Assembly: GCA_964580575.1 (NCBI GenBank)
Contig: CAZOLJ010000009.1
Coordinates: forward strand, 6,101-70,100
DNA: 64,000 nucleotides
Origin: an uncultured Desulfobacteraceae bacterium
GTDB taxonomy: Bacteria; Desulfobacterota; DSM-4660; Desulfatiglandales; HGW-15
Direction: 5' to 3'
In this document: piece after piece, positions 35,054-50,180 of the stretch
Numbering within the stretch: the first letter of the stretch is position 1
Layout of the letters: the number at the start of each line of letters is the position of its first letter
Program-made: the position numbers and the translations under genes
Notes under the pieces: model-generated
Database searches by the model: none
Seen by the model: only the letters and a program-made list of their open reading frames with translations
What the model was told of the DNA's origin: nothing

Positions 35054-36973
35054 CTAGATGCTTCTGCCGATAGTCGCCGCTTCTGAAATGGCCGCTTTTG
35101 CGCTTCTGGGCTCCAGGCAGTCCCCGATCTGGTACAAGGGAATTCCAAGAGACTGGATCTGCTCGTAGAGGCTGTTGTCCGGCTTGTTCCCGATGGCGAT
35201 AACCACGGCGTCCGCCTCGATGAAACTCTCTGTTCCGTCCTCCGCGGTCACCACCACTCCGGCCTCTTCCACTCTGGAGAGCTTGCGTCCGGTCAGAAAC
35301 CCCACTCCCCTTTCCCTGAGTTCTTTAAGAAGAACCTTCCTGGTGATGGACTCCAGATTTAATGCGATTTTTGGAAGCTGCTCCACGAGGGTGACCGAGG
35401 AGCCGTGCTCAGCCAGGTGATGGGCAACCTCACACCCTGTGGCTCCTCCCCCGACCACCACCGCTTTTCTCTTTTCCGGCGGGGCTCCGTTCAGAACTTC
35501 CTGAAGCCCGACCACAATAGATTTTTCGATTCCAGGCACGTTCGGCAAAAGGGGTGTGGCGCCTGTTGAGAGAATGACCGCGTCGGGCTTTTCCCGTTTA
35601 ATCGTTTCCAGAGTCACTTCCGTGTTGAGATGGATGCGGATGCCCGCCTTTTCAACCTGCTTCTTGTGAAATTCGATGAGGCTGAGGATTTCCTTCTTGT
35701 ACCTGGTGACGCTTCCGAGGTTCAACTGGCCGCCCAGGCGCGACTGCTTTTCATAGAGATGCACTTCGTGCCCCCGGATCGCGGCGACCCACCCCGCATG
35801 AAGGCCTCCAGGGCCGCCGCCCACGATCAAGACCTTCTTCCTTTTTTCCGCAGGACGTATTTCCATTTCCTTTTCCCGGCCGAGGGTGGGATTGACCAGA
35901 CATTCCACGCGGCCCTTCCGGAATATGGATTCCATGCAGGTGTTGCAGGCAATACAGATCCGGATGTCGTCGAGCTTCCCCTGCTGGGCTTTCTTGGGCA
36001 TTTCAGGATCAGCAAGCAAACCTCTTCCCATGCACACGAGATCCGCTTTTCCGTCTCGGATGAGGGCGTCGGCCAAGAGGGGGTCATTGATCCGTCCCAC
36101 CGCCATCACCGGGATGCGGAGCGCCTTTTTGATCGTGGCGGCAGAATCCGCAAGACAAGCTTTCTCCATGAACATGGGCTGGCAGATCCATTCCGGAGTC
36201 GCATCGTTTCCTGCCGACACCTGGACAATATCGATGCCCGCTGCGACCAGCAATTTGAGGATCTCGATGCTCTCCTCCACGCTGAGTCCGCCGGGAACGA
36301 ACTCCTGGGCGCTGATCTTGAAGGAAAGGGGGAAGTCTTCCCCCACTCTCCTCCTGACCTCTCTGACCACATCGACCGCAAAACGCGCTCTCCGGGTCGT
36401 GTCTCCTCCGTACGCGTCATCGCGAATGTTGGAGAATTTCGAGATGAACTGGTTGATGAGATAGCCGTGGGCTCCATGAATCTCAATCAGCTCAAACCCT
36501 GCCTGAACAGCCCTTACCGCAGCGTCTCCGAACTTCCCGATAATGTCCTGGATCCCTTCAACGCTCAACGGTTCCACTTCGCCGCTGATGGTGGGGCAGG
36601 GGAGATTGGAAGGGGCAAAGGGCTTTCGCTTGATCACCCGGCTGGAGGTCTGTCTTCCGCCGTGATGAATTTGAACAGCGGGAAGCGCCCCCTCTGCTTT
36701 CATCACCCGAGCGATGCGGGAGAGGCCTTCAATGAACCGGTCGTCAAAAATCCTTGCCTGGTGAGGGGACACGATGCCTTCCGGCGAAACAGCGCAGGCT
36801 TCCACGATCACCATGGCCGGACCGCCGGAAGCTCGGCCCCTGTAATGTTCAACGGTCTTGTCGTTGATGGATCCGTCGTCTTCAATCAAAAAGGAGGCGA
36901 GGCCGGGCATCACGATTCGGTTCTTAAGGTTGCGACCTTTAATGGTAAACGGTTCAAAAAGATGCTTGAGCAT
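35054..36973 (-). CDS. OYE-type flavin/Fe-S oxidoreductase, 2,4-dienoyl-CoA reductase (FadH) / enoate reductase family, 639 aa.
   Basis: There is an N-terminal OYE TIM barrel (RIVMPGLAS..., VQIHHGGRQ, IEIHGAHGYLINQF). A Cys cluster follows (CIACNTCMESIFRKGRVEC). Then come two dinucleotide folds (VLIVGGGPGGLHAG, VVVGGGATGCEVA). Confidence 0.8.
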   Translation of the reverse strand: MLKHLFEPFTIKGRNLKNRIVMPGLASFLIEDDGSINDKTVEHYRGRASGGPAMVIVEACAVSPEGIVSPHQARIFDDRFIEGLSRIARVMKAEGALPAVQIHHGGRQTSSRVIKRKPFAPSNLPCPTISGEVEPLSVEGIQDIIGKFGDAAVRAVQAGFELIEIHGAHGYLINQFISKFSNIRDDAYGGDTTRRARFAVDVVREVRRRVGEDFPLSFKISAQEFVPGGLSVEESIEILKLLVAAGIDIVQVSAGNDATPEWICQPMFMEKACLADSAATIKKALRIPVMAVGRINDPLLADALIRDGKADLVCMGRGLLADPEMPKKAQQGKLDDIRICIACNTCMESIFRKGRVECLVNPTLGREKEMEIRPAEKRKKVLIVGGGPGGLHAGWVAAIRGHEVHLYEKQSRLGGQLNLGSVTRYKKEILSLIEFHKKQVEKAGIRIHLNTEVTLETIKREKPDAVILSTGATPLLPNVPGIEKSIVVGLQEVLNGAPPEKRKAVVVGGGATGCEVAHHLAEHGSSVTLVEQLPKIALNLESITRKVLLKELRERGVGFLTGRKLSRVEEAGVVVTAEDGTESFIEADAVVIAIGNKPDNSLYEQIQSLGIPLYQIGDCLEPRSAKAAISEAATIGRSI

Positions 36974-37002
36974 GGTCTCCTCGGAACTGTCTTAAGCGTA
37001 AG

Positions 37003-37032
37003 TAAATAGTCGCTTCGCTAGAAGAGTGTCAA
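37003..37032 (-). promoter_or_regulatory. Sigma70-like promoter candidate for the OYE-type oxidoreductase gene.
   Basis: Read on the minus strand: TTGACA (37032-37027), an 18-nt spacer, then TATTTA (37008-37003). It lies about 30 nt upstream of the ATG at 36973. Confidence 0.4.
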
Positions 37033-37073
37033 TTGAAAAGCTATATTCCGAGCAGAACAAATGTCGGATGAGG

Positions 37074-38687
37074 CTATCCTAGGAGGCGATCAAAGAAGTC
37101 ATTCCCCTTGTCGTCCGTGATGATGAAAGCAGGAAAGTCCTTTACGGTAATCCGGTAAATCGCTTCCATGCCCAGTTCCGGGTATTCCAGCACCTCCATG
37201 CGGGTGATGCACTCTTTTGCGAGGCGTGCTGCAGGTCCCCCGATCGAGCCGAGGTAGAAGCCCCCGTATTTCTTGCAGGCTTCTTTGACGAGGGCGGAGC
37301 GATTTCCCTTGGCGAGCATCACCATGGAGCCTCGGTGGGCCTGGAAAATGGGAACGTAGGGATCCATTCGGCCTGCAGTGGTCGGTCCGAAAGAGCCGCA
37401 CGCGTAGCCGGGAGGGGTCTTGGCAGGACCTGCGTAATAGATAATGTGGTCCTTGAAATAATTCGGCAGATCTTCCCCGCGGTCCAGTCTCTCCTTGAGT
37501 TTCGCGTGAGCGATGTCTCTTGCCACGACCATGCTCCCGTTGAGAACCAGCCGGGTGGACACAGGGTATTGGCTTAGGGTCGCCCGAATCTGATCCATGG
37601 GTTGATTCAGGTCCAGGGCGACCGCCTTGTCCTGCGACCACGCCGGCTCGGGCAGGAACCGGCCGGGCTGGGTGTTCAGGGCTTCGAGGAATATTCCGTC
37701 CCTCGTGATCTTGGCTTTGACGTTTCTGTCCGCGCTGCAGCTCACGCCGAGGCCGATGGGGCAGGAGGCGCCATGCCTGGGAAGCCGGATCACCCTGACG
37801 TCCAGGCAAAAGTACTTGCCGCCGAACTGGGCGCCGATCCCGAGGCTCTGGGACATTTTCAGGACTTTCTCTTCCATGGCTCTGTCCCTGAAGGCCTGTC
37901 CGCCTTCATTTCCTTTGTCCGGGAGGGCATCGAGGGTGCCGGCTGTGGCGAGTTTGACGGTTTTGAGGTTGGCCTCGGCAGAGGTGCCGCCCACCACAAA
38001 AGCGAGGTGGTAGGGAGGGCACGCTGCAGTGCCAAGCGTTTTCATCTTGGCGGCCATGAAAGCGCTCAAGGCTTGAGGGTTCAGGACCGCTCTGGTTTCC
38101 TGGAAGAGAAAGGTCTTGTTGGCGGAACCTCCCCCTTTGGCGATGAAAAGAAACTCATAGGTTTCGCCCTCCGTCGCATAAAGGTCAATCTGGGCCGGAA
38201 GGTTGCACCCCGTGTTTTTATCCTCGTACAGGGAAAGAGGCGCATTCTGGGAGTAGCGCAAGAAATTCCTGGTGTAGGCGTTGAAAACACCTTTCGAGAG
38301 AGCTTCCTCATCCGAAGTTCCTGTCCAGACCTGCTGCCCCTTTTTCCCGATCACAATGGCCGTTCCCGTGTCCTGACACATGGGAAGCACGCCCTCTGCG
38401 CTGATCACGGCATTGTTTAGCATCTCCAGGGCGACATATCGATCGTTCTGGGAAGCCTCAGGGTCTTTGAGGATCTTTGCCAGAAGCTCCAGATGAGACG
38501 TGCGGAGCAGGTGCGCGACATCCTTGAAGGCGGTTTCTGCAAGAAGCGTGAGGCCTTCAGAGGCGACCTTGAGCACTCTCCTGCCTTCGAACTCGCTTTC
38601 CGACACGAACTCCTTTGTCAGAAGGCGATAGGAAGTCAAGTCCTTGCCCAAAGGGAAAGGTTTCTGGTACTTGAACTCAACAGCCAT
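37074..38687 (-). CDS. Class I (Fe-S) fumarate hydratase with fused alpha and beta domains, about 537 aa.
   Basis: [21 protein letters not shown] and a C-terminal [13 protein letters not shown]..., typical of FumA/TtdAB-type hydro-lyases. I chose the ATG at 38687 (AGGGGA 5 nt upstream). The tracked start at 38723 lies inside a tandem repeat. Confidence 0.85.
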   Translation of the reverse strand: MAVEFKYQKPFPLGKDLTSYRLLTKEFVSESEFEGRRVLKVASEGLTLLAETAFKDVAHLLRTSHLELLAKILKDPEASQNDRYVALEMLNNAVISAEGVLPMCQDTGTAIVIGKKGQQVWTGTSDEEALSKGVFNAYTRNFLRYSQNAPLSLYEDKNTGCNLPAQIDLYATEGETYEFLFIAKGGGSANKTFLFQETRAVLNPQALSAFMAAKMKTLGTAACPPYHLAFVVGGTSAEANLKTVKLATAGTLDALPDKGNEGGQAFRDRAMEEKVLKMSQSLGIGAQFGGKYFCLDVRVIRLPRHGASCPIGLGVSCSADRNVKAKITRDGIFLEALNTQPGRFLPEPAWSQDKAVALDLNQPMDQIRATLSQYPVSTRLVLNGSMVVARDIAHAKLKERLDRGEDLPNYFKDHIIYYAGPAKTPPGYACGSFGPTTAGRMDPYVPIFQAHRGSMVMLAKGNRSALVKEACKKYGGFYLGSIGGPAARLAKECITRMEVLEYPELGMEAIYRITVKDFPAFIITDDKGNDFFDRLLG

Positions 38688-38704
38688 AATCATCCCCTGT
38701 GTGT

Positions 38705-38736
38705 GACTCTGCCCCTTTGTCACTCTGCCCCTTTCT
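38705..38736. repeat. Tandem 16-bp direct repeat (2 units) in the PFOR-fumarase spacer.
   Basis: GACTCTGCCCCTTTGT / CACTCTGCCCCTTTCT. The 13-mer ACTCTGCCCCTTT is exact at 38706-38718 and 38722-38734. Confidence 0.6.
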
Positions 38737-42258
<3,522 letters not shown>

Positions 42259-42282
42259 CTATATTCTCCTTTGCATCCAATC

Positions 42283-43260
<978 letters not shown>

Positions 43261-43300
43261 CTAAAGATGATCATTGATCTTGTGTCGGAAAAAGCTTTTT

Positions 43301-43405
43301 TGGAGTGTTGGAGTACTGGAGTACTGGAGTCATGGAGTACTGGTTGAAACACCCGAATCTGTCTTTACCATTACTCCAACACTCCAATACTCCATTACTC
43401 CATTC
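43301..43405. repeat. GGAGTACT-type word-repeat hairpin (full element).
   Basis: The left arm is TGGAGTGTTGGAGTACTGGAGTACTGGAGTCATGGAGTACTGG, followed by a 24-nt loop. The right arm is CCATTACTCCAACACTCCAATACTCCATTACTCCATTC. It lies between sdhB and mdh. Confidence 0.65.
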
Positions 43406-43410
43406 TTATA

Positions 43411-44204
43411 TTATTCTCCTTCACCCCTCTTCGTCTCTTCTCCGATTTTCTCGGGAGAGACAAAGCTCGCTTTCAAGAACTCGCGATTGAATCGGGCGAT
43501 GTTCGAAATGGAAACCTCTTTGGGGCAGACCGCCTCGCATTCCTTGTGGTTGCTGCAATTTCCGAAACCCAGTTCATCCATTTTCTGAATCATTTCTAGA
43601 GCGCGTCTTGCGGCTTCGGGCTTTCCGTGGGGCAGAAGCACAAGATGGGAAATCTTGGCTCCTGTGAAAAGCATGGCCGAGGCATTAGGGCAGGCTGCCA
43701 CGCAGGCGCCGCAACCGATACAGGCGGCGGCATCCATGGACAGTTCAGCCATTTCCGCCGGAACCGGAATACTGTTCGCCTCAGGAGCCTGGCTGGTGTT
43801 CACTGAAACATAGCCCCCAGCCTGGACGATCTGATCAAAGGCACTGCGATCCACGACTAGGTCTTTGATCACCTTGAAGGCCCGAGCGCGGAAAGGCTCG
43901 ATCACCAGGGTCTGTCCATCGCGAAAGTGCCTCATGTGAAGCTGACACAGGGTCGTTGCTTTTTCAGGACCGTGGGGGATGCCGTTGACCACACTGCCGC
44001 AGGCGCCGCAGATCCCTTCACGACAGTCATGGTCAAAAGCGATGGGATCCTTTCCTTGATGAACGAGGCTCTCGTTGACCACATCGAGCATTTCCAGGAA
44101 CGACATGTCCGTGGAGATATCCTTGGCTTGATAGGCTTCGAAAATCCCTTTTTCCCCGCCGCCTTTTTGCCGCCACACCTTGAGTGTCAGTTGAATGGTC
44201 TTAC

Positions 44205-44208
<4 letters not shown>
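43411..44208 (-). CDS. sdhB: Succinate dehydrogenase / fumarate reductase iron-sulfur subunit, 265 aa.
   Basis: [10 protein letters not shown] (2Fe-2S), [13 protein letters not shown] and [13 protein letters not shown] cluster motifs. Confidence 0.9.
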
Positions 44209-46118
<1,910 letters not shown>

Positions 46119-46133
46119 AAGGGATCCTCCGTT

Positions 46134-46778
46134 CTACAAAGACAAGAAAAGAAAAACCGGGATCGAGGCAAAGCCGATTCCGATGATGAGACTGAAAAGG
46201 ATCCCCACCCGCTCGACAAAGGGCATGTACTTGGGGTGGTTGAGCCCGAGCGTCTGAAACCCGCTCCAGAACCCGTGGCTTACGTGGACCGCGACCACGA
46301 TCACTCCGGCAATGTAAAACAGGGTCCAAAATCCGAATTCGGCAAAGGTGTTCGAGAGGATCGTGAAATCATTGATCGTCATCTTATCGACAAAACGGAA
46401 CTTAATGAGATGAAAGATGACGAAAACAAGGATGAGCGCACCGCTGTAGGGAGCAGTCCGCGATCCGATCGTTCGGCCTCCGGCGCTCTTGTCGACGGCG
46501 TAAGCAATGGGTCTGGCCCGACGGTTTTCAAGAAAAAGATAAAGCCCCATACCGATGTGAAGAACCGCGAAGAAGATGAGGCCGAATTCCGCGACCGTGA
46601 CCAGTGCCTCAACAGTGTGCAAGTGGTCCACGTAGGAAAGGAAAGATTCTTTTCCCGCGTAAACCGTGAGATTTCCCATCAGGTGGACCGCAATAAACAG
46701 GCAAAAGAGAAGACCTGTGACCGCCTGGACCTGCTTCTTGCCGATGGAACTCGAGAAGGTTTTCACCAGCCAGTTCAT
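46134..46778 (-). CDS. sdhC: Succinate dehydrogenase cytochrome b membrane anchor (single-subunit, five-helix, B. subtilis SdhC / W. succinogenes FrdC type), 214 aa.
   Basis: The ATG at 46778 follows GGGGAGAGAGAA. The product begins MNWLVKTFSSSIGKKQVQAVTGLLFCLFIAVHLMGN. His residues sit in hydrophobic helices (AVHLMG, AVLHIG, VIFHLI, VAVHVSHG). Confidence 0.8.
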   Translation of the reverse strand: MNWLVKTFSSSIGKKQVQAVTGLLFCLFIAVHLMGNLTVYAGKESFLSYVDHLHTVEALVTVAEFGLIFFAVLHIGMGLYLFLENRRARPIAYAVDKSAGGRTIGSRTAPYSGALILVFVIFHLIKFRFVDKMTINDFTILSNTFAEFGFWTLFYIAGVIVVAVHVSHGFWSGFQTLGLNHPKYMPFVERVGILFSLIIGIGFASIPVFLFLSL

Positions 46779-46835
46779 TTCTCTCTCCCCATGATCCGAT
46801 GAGTGTTTTGGGGTACCATGGACCGTGCGCCCTGC

Positions 46836-46870
46836 GCCAAAAGCCAAAGGCGGGCACCCCTGACCCGCCT
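46836..46870 (-). terminator. Rho-independent terminator candidate after the transcarboxylase gene.
   Basis: Minus-strand RNA: AGGCGGG-UCAGGGGUG-CCCGCCU followed by UUGGCUUUUGG. The stem is at 46870-46864 with 46854-48. Confidence 0.4.
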
Positions 46871-46924
46871 GAAGCATCGCCTGTGTCTTCTTTACTCCGC
46901 ACGAGGCGCAGCGACACGTCCTGA

Positions 46925-48424
46925 TCAGAAAGAGGCCTTACACACCTGCTCCAGAGCCGCAGCCATGGCCTCATCCTCTTTCCTGATGTCATCCAGGGTC
47001 TTGGGTTTGACGGAAGCCGGCCTTGGTTCCAGCCCGTATTTCCATTTCAGGAACTGCTCGCCGGTGGTCGGGTAAAGCGCATAGATCAGGAGGTCGAAGT
47101 CATCCTTGGCGAGGTTCCCGGTTTTCGTCCTGGCCTTTTCCAGCTCCGGTTCGAGGTAGTCTGCTGCCCGGCCGGTGATTGGGGTTTCACCCCGCTTGTA
47201 TCCCTTGAGAACTTTTTTCTGCACTTCAGGATCCACCGGGGTCGGCGTTTTCCCGTATAAGCCATAGACAAGGTCCTTGACTTCGTTGGTGACCATCTTG
47301 TACTTGCCAAAAAGGACATTCAGCACGGCCTGCACCCCGACGATCTGGGAAGTCGGGGTGACCAGCGGCGGGGTTCCCAATTCTTTTCGTGTGAGCGCCA
47401 CCTCCCGGTAAACCTCGGGAAGGCGATGAAGGGCCTTGGCCTCTTTGAGCTGACTTACCAGGTTGGAGATCATGCCGCCCGGAACCTGATGGACCAGCAC
47501 CCCGGTGTCAATCACCGACATCTGATGCTTGGCAAGATAGTCCCGGTACTTGGGAGCCGCGTTTTCCAAGGTCTGGCCGCACTCCAGGAGGAGATTCAGA
47601 TTGAAGCCCGGATCCCGGTCTGTTCCGAAGAGGGTTGCCACTATGGGTTCCACCGCGGGCTGAGAAGTTCTCAAGGCAAAGGGCGCCAGGCAGGTGTCCA
47701 CAATATCCACGCCGGCCTTGATCGCTTCGAGGTACACCATGGAGGCCATTCCGCTGGTGTAGTGGGTGTGGAGCTGAATGGGGATATGGATCACCTTCTT
47801 GAGCTCCGTGATGAGCTTGGCGATGTCAAAGGGCGCCATGATGCCGGCCATGTCTTTGAGACAGAGAGAGTCGGCACCCATGGCCTGAATTTCTTTAGCC
47901 TTCGAAAGGTAATACTCCAGGTTGAATACTTCACCGCCCATGCGCCTTTCTGTCAGGGTGTAGCAGATGACCCCTTGGAAGTGTTTCCCGTTCGCCTTGA
48001 TCCTCTCCACCACGGTCTGAAAGTTGCGGAAATCGTTGAGCGCGTCGAAAACCCGGAAGATATCCATCCCCGCTTCTGCAGTCTTGTCCACAAAGAGCCG
48101 GGCCACGTCATCGGCGTAATTCCTGTAGCCTACCAGGTTCTGACCCCTCAGGAGCATGTTGAAAGGGGTTTTCTTGATGTACTTCTTCAGGGTCTTGATT
48201 CGCTCAAACGGGTCTTCCCCCAAAAAGCGGTGCATGGTGTCGAAGGTGGCTCCTCCCCACACCTCCATGGCCCAGAATCCGACCTGGTCCATCTTTTCGG
48301 CAATAGGGAGCATGTCTTCCGTCCTCATGCGGGTTGCCAAGGTGGACTGATGCCCATCCCTGAAAGTGTTGTCCTGGATCTTGATCGGGTTTTTCGGCCC
48401 ACCTTCCAAAAAAACATTGCTCAT
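46925..48424 (-). CDS. Carboxyltransferase subunit (transcarboxylase 5S / oxaloacetate decarboxylase alpha / pyruvate carboxylase B type) lacking a biotinyl domain, about 499 aa.
   Basis: IQDNTFRDGHQS, HTHYTSGMA, and a PYC_OADA-like C-terminal half. No MKM biotin motif is present. The ATG at 48424 follows GGGAGG. Confidence 0.82.
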   Translation of the reverse strand: MSNVFLEGGPKNPIKIQDNTFRDGHQSTLATRMRTEDMLPIAEKMDQVGFWAMEVWGGATFDTMHRFLGEDPFERIKTLKKYIKKTPFNMLLRGQNLVGYRNYADDVARLFVDKTAEAGMDIFRVFDALNDFRNFQTVVERIKANGKHFQGVICYTLTERRMGGEVFNLEYYLSKAKEIQAMGADSLCLKDMAGIMAPFDIAKLITELKKVIHIPIQLHTHYTSGMASMVYLEAIKAGVDIVDTCLAPFALRTSQPAVEPIVATLFGTDRDPGFNLNLLLECGQTLENAAPKYRDYLAKHQMSVIDTGVLVHQVPGGMISNLVSQLKEAKALHRLPEVYREVALTRKELGTPPLVTPTSQIVGVQAVLNVLFGKYKMVTNEVKDLVYGLYGKTPTPVDPEVQKKVLKGYKRGETPITGRAADYLEPELEKARTKTGNLAKDDFDLLIYALYPTTGEQFLKWKYGLEPRPASVKPKTLDDIRKEDEAMAAALEQVCKASF

Positions 48425-48580
48425 CGGAAACCTCCCTTCAAACATGAATAGTTAAAGAAGCCGGACCCCTCCGCCAAGGAGCAGCGGGTGCCAGGGTAGG
48501 CCCATTAGCCGCGCCATACGACTGCGACTCACCATAGCGAAAGCAGTGCGCTCGGTCAAGAGTTCTTTTTCACAATGTGA

Positions 48581-48609
48581 TTGACTTCCGCTTTCCCTCT
48601 TAATAGAAT
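48581..48609 (+). promoter_or_regulatory. Sigma70-like promoter candidate upstream of the receiver-protein gene.
   Basis: TTGACT (48581-48586), a 17-nt spacer, then TAGAAT (48604-48609). Confidence 0.45.
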
Positions 48610-48732
48610 CCGCTCGAAATCGCATCGGACAGAAACCCTGTAACATCGCCTCGTTATCAGAAGCGTTTTTTTCGGAATGAAGAGCCCACAGCTCCACGGT
48701 GTGGTGCCGCAGTAACCTCAAAGAGGGTGCTT

Positions 48733-49230
48733 ATGAATCCTGAAAAAACCATTGCGGGAAAGCAAATTCTCATCGTTGAGGATGAGAAAGATGTCATCGA
48801 GGTTTTAACCGAACTTCTTGAGGTCTGCAGACTCGATGCCGCCACTTCTTTCGAGGAAGGCAAAAGGCTGCTAAACGAAAACGACTACGACTTGGTCATT
48901 CTGGACATCATGGGTGTTCGGGGTTTTGACCTTCTGAAAGTTGCCAATGAACGTCGCATCCCGGCCCTGATGCTGACGGCCCACGCCTTATCGGAGGAGA
49001 ACCTGAATAGGGCGGCCAGAGAGGGCGCGGTCTATTACGCGCCCAAGGATGAAATAACCAGCATCGCGACCTTTGCGGCAGATGTCATCGAGTTCATCGA
49101 AAAAAAGAAAAGCCCCTGGCTCCGGGTCATTGAAAGGCTGGGAGGCTATTACGACCACAAGTTCGGCGGCACGAATTGGAGGGAAAAGGAACTCGAATAC
49201 CTCCTGAGGAAAGCGGGGAGATCGATGTAA
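48733..49230 (+). CDS. Stand-alone response-regulator receiver protein, about 165 aa, with no recognisable output domain.
   Basis: ILIVEDEKDVIEVL..., DLVILDIMG (the phospho-acceptor Asp context), and LMLTAH...K. The C-terminal 50 aa are of unknown function. Confidence 0.8.
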   Translation: MNPEKTIAGKQILIVEDEKDVIEVLTELLEVCRLDAATSFEEGKRLLNENDYDLVILDIMGVRGFDLLKVANERRIPALMLTAHALSEENLNRAAREGAVYYAPKDEITSIATFAADVIEFIEKKKSPWLRVIERLGGYYDHKFGGTNWREKELEYLLRKAGRSM

Positions 49231-49335
49231 CCTCGATAAAGGACTTCCCCTGTTTCCATGGACATCAGCAGCACAGATCTATCCGTAGCGTTCTGGTAGC
49301 CTAGTGTCCATTCTGATGAGAACCCTGGAAAACCT

Positions 49336-49677
49336 ATGCCCATTTACGAATTCGAGTGTCTCTCCTGCGAGTGCCGATTTCAGAATCTGGTGATGAAGGA
49401 GAGCGAGGAAAAAAAGCTTCTCTGCCCCAAATGCGGAAGCCGCAAAAAGAGGCGTCTGATCTCGCGGGCAGCCTACCATGTGTCCGAGCGGGATCGTGTT
49501 GCTGCGTTCAACCCGGCTGCAGCAAAGGAGGATGCCTTTTTCAAAGACAGCCGCAACATCGGACTGGCGGCGAAGAAAAGGGCGCAGAAAATGGGCGTGG
49601 ACCTGGGCTCCGGCTTTGAAGAGAAGCTTGAAAAATTGAGATCAGATCCCGGAAGCGTGATCAGGGATAGTGAATAG
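49336..49677 (+). CDS. FmdB-family zinc-ribbon protein, 113 aa.
   Basis: MPIYEFECLSCECRFQNLVMKESEEKKLLCPKCGSRK, with two CxxC pairs. It shares the same N-terminal heptapeptide pattern as the protein at 28227-28439. Confidence 0.75.
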   Translation: MPIYEFECLSCECRFQNLVMKESEEKKLLCPKCGSRKKRRLISRAAYHVSERDRVAAFNPAAAKEDAFFKDSRNIGLAAKKRAQKMGVDLGSGFEEKLEKLRSDPGSVIRDSE

Positions 49678-49691
49678 CAGGCTGTTGATCC

Positions 49692-50018
49692 ATGAAGAAT
49701 GAAAAGGCTATCAACAGGGAAGGGGATGTGCTTCTGATCCACTATCAGGACCAGCCCGTGGCTTACGCGCGCATTGAGGGGATCAACCCGGATATCAAGA
49801 AGGACTGGTACCAGGTGACATTGCTGCTCCTGACCATCCCTGCTCAGTCGGTCACGTGGATTCTGAGGGAAGAATACATCCATGGGGCCTCCTTCACCAT
49901 GGGGGGGCAGACCGTGCGATTGGAAAAAATGAAGAGGGTTTTTCCCGGGGAAACGCCGCAAGGCCCGAAGGCTCCGGAGAAAGGTTCCAAAGTGATCGCG
50001 TTCAAGAAACAGCACTGA
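49692..50018 (+). CDS. Hypothetical protein, 108 aa.
   Basis: ORF starting 15 nt after the zinc-ribbon gene. The composition is reasonable and I recognise no motif. Confidence 0.5.
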   Translation: MKNEKAINREGDVLLIHYQDQPVAYARIEGINPDIKKDWYQVTLLLLTIPAQSVTWILREEYIHGASFTMGGQTVRLEKMKRVFPGETPQGPKAPEKGSKVIAFKKQH

Positions 50019-50038
50019 TGAACGCCCATCTCAGTCAA

Positions 50039-50111
50039 GAGTGACAAGTGACAAGTAACAAGAGCAAAGCATGGGCTTTTCACTCGTGACTCGTCACTTG
50101 TCACTCGTTAC
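50039..50111. repeat. GTGACAAG-type word-repeat hairpin, copy 3.
   Basis: GAGTGACAAGTGACAAGTAACAAGAG, loop CAAAGCATGGGCTTTT, then CACTCGTGACTCGTCACTTGTCACTCGTTAC. Confidence 0.65.
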
Positions 50112-50180
50112 TTTCATTCGGCGCCTTGTATCTGAGCGTTTTTGAGCAACCTGAGGTGACTATGCTTTAGGAGGAGAACA

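Noticed and set aside
43274-43588. ORFs that translate the word-repeat hairpins. Examples are 43274-43588 and 43305-43490 (WSTGVLEYWS / ITPTLQYSITP), 22513-22722 and 22522-22737, 27944-28180, 49844-50104 and 60947-61177.
   Set aside because: The apparent peptide repeats simply reflect the 7-8 nt DNA words. The ORFs lack RBS support and start or end inside the hairpins.
48425-48580. A sigma-54 promoter (TGGCAC-N5-TTGC) upstream of the transcarboxylase-sdh row and other operons.
   Set aside because: A GTGCCA occurs near 48487, but the -12 element at the right spacing is missing. I found no convincing -24/-12 pair in the other large spacers.
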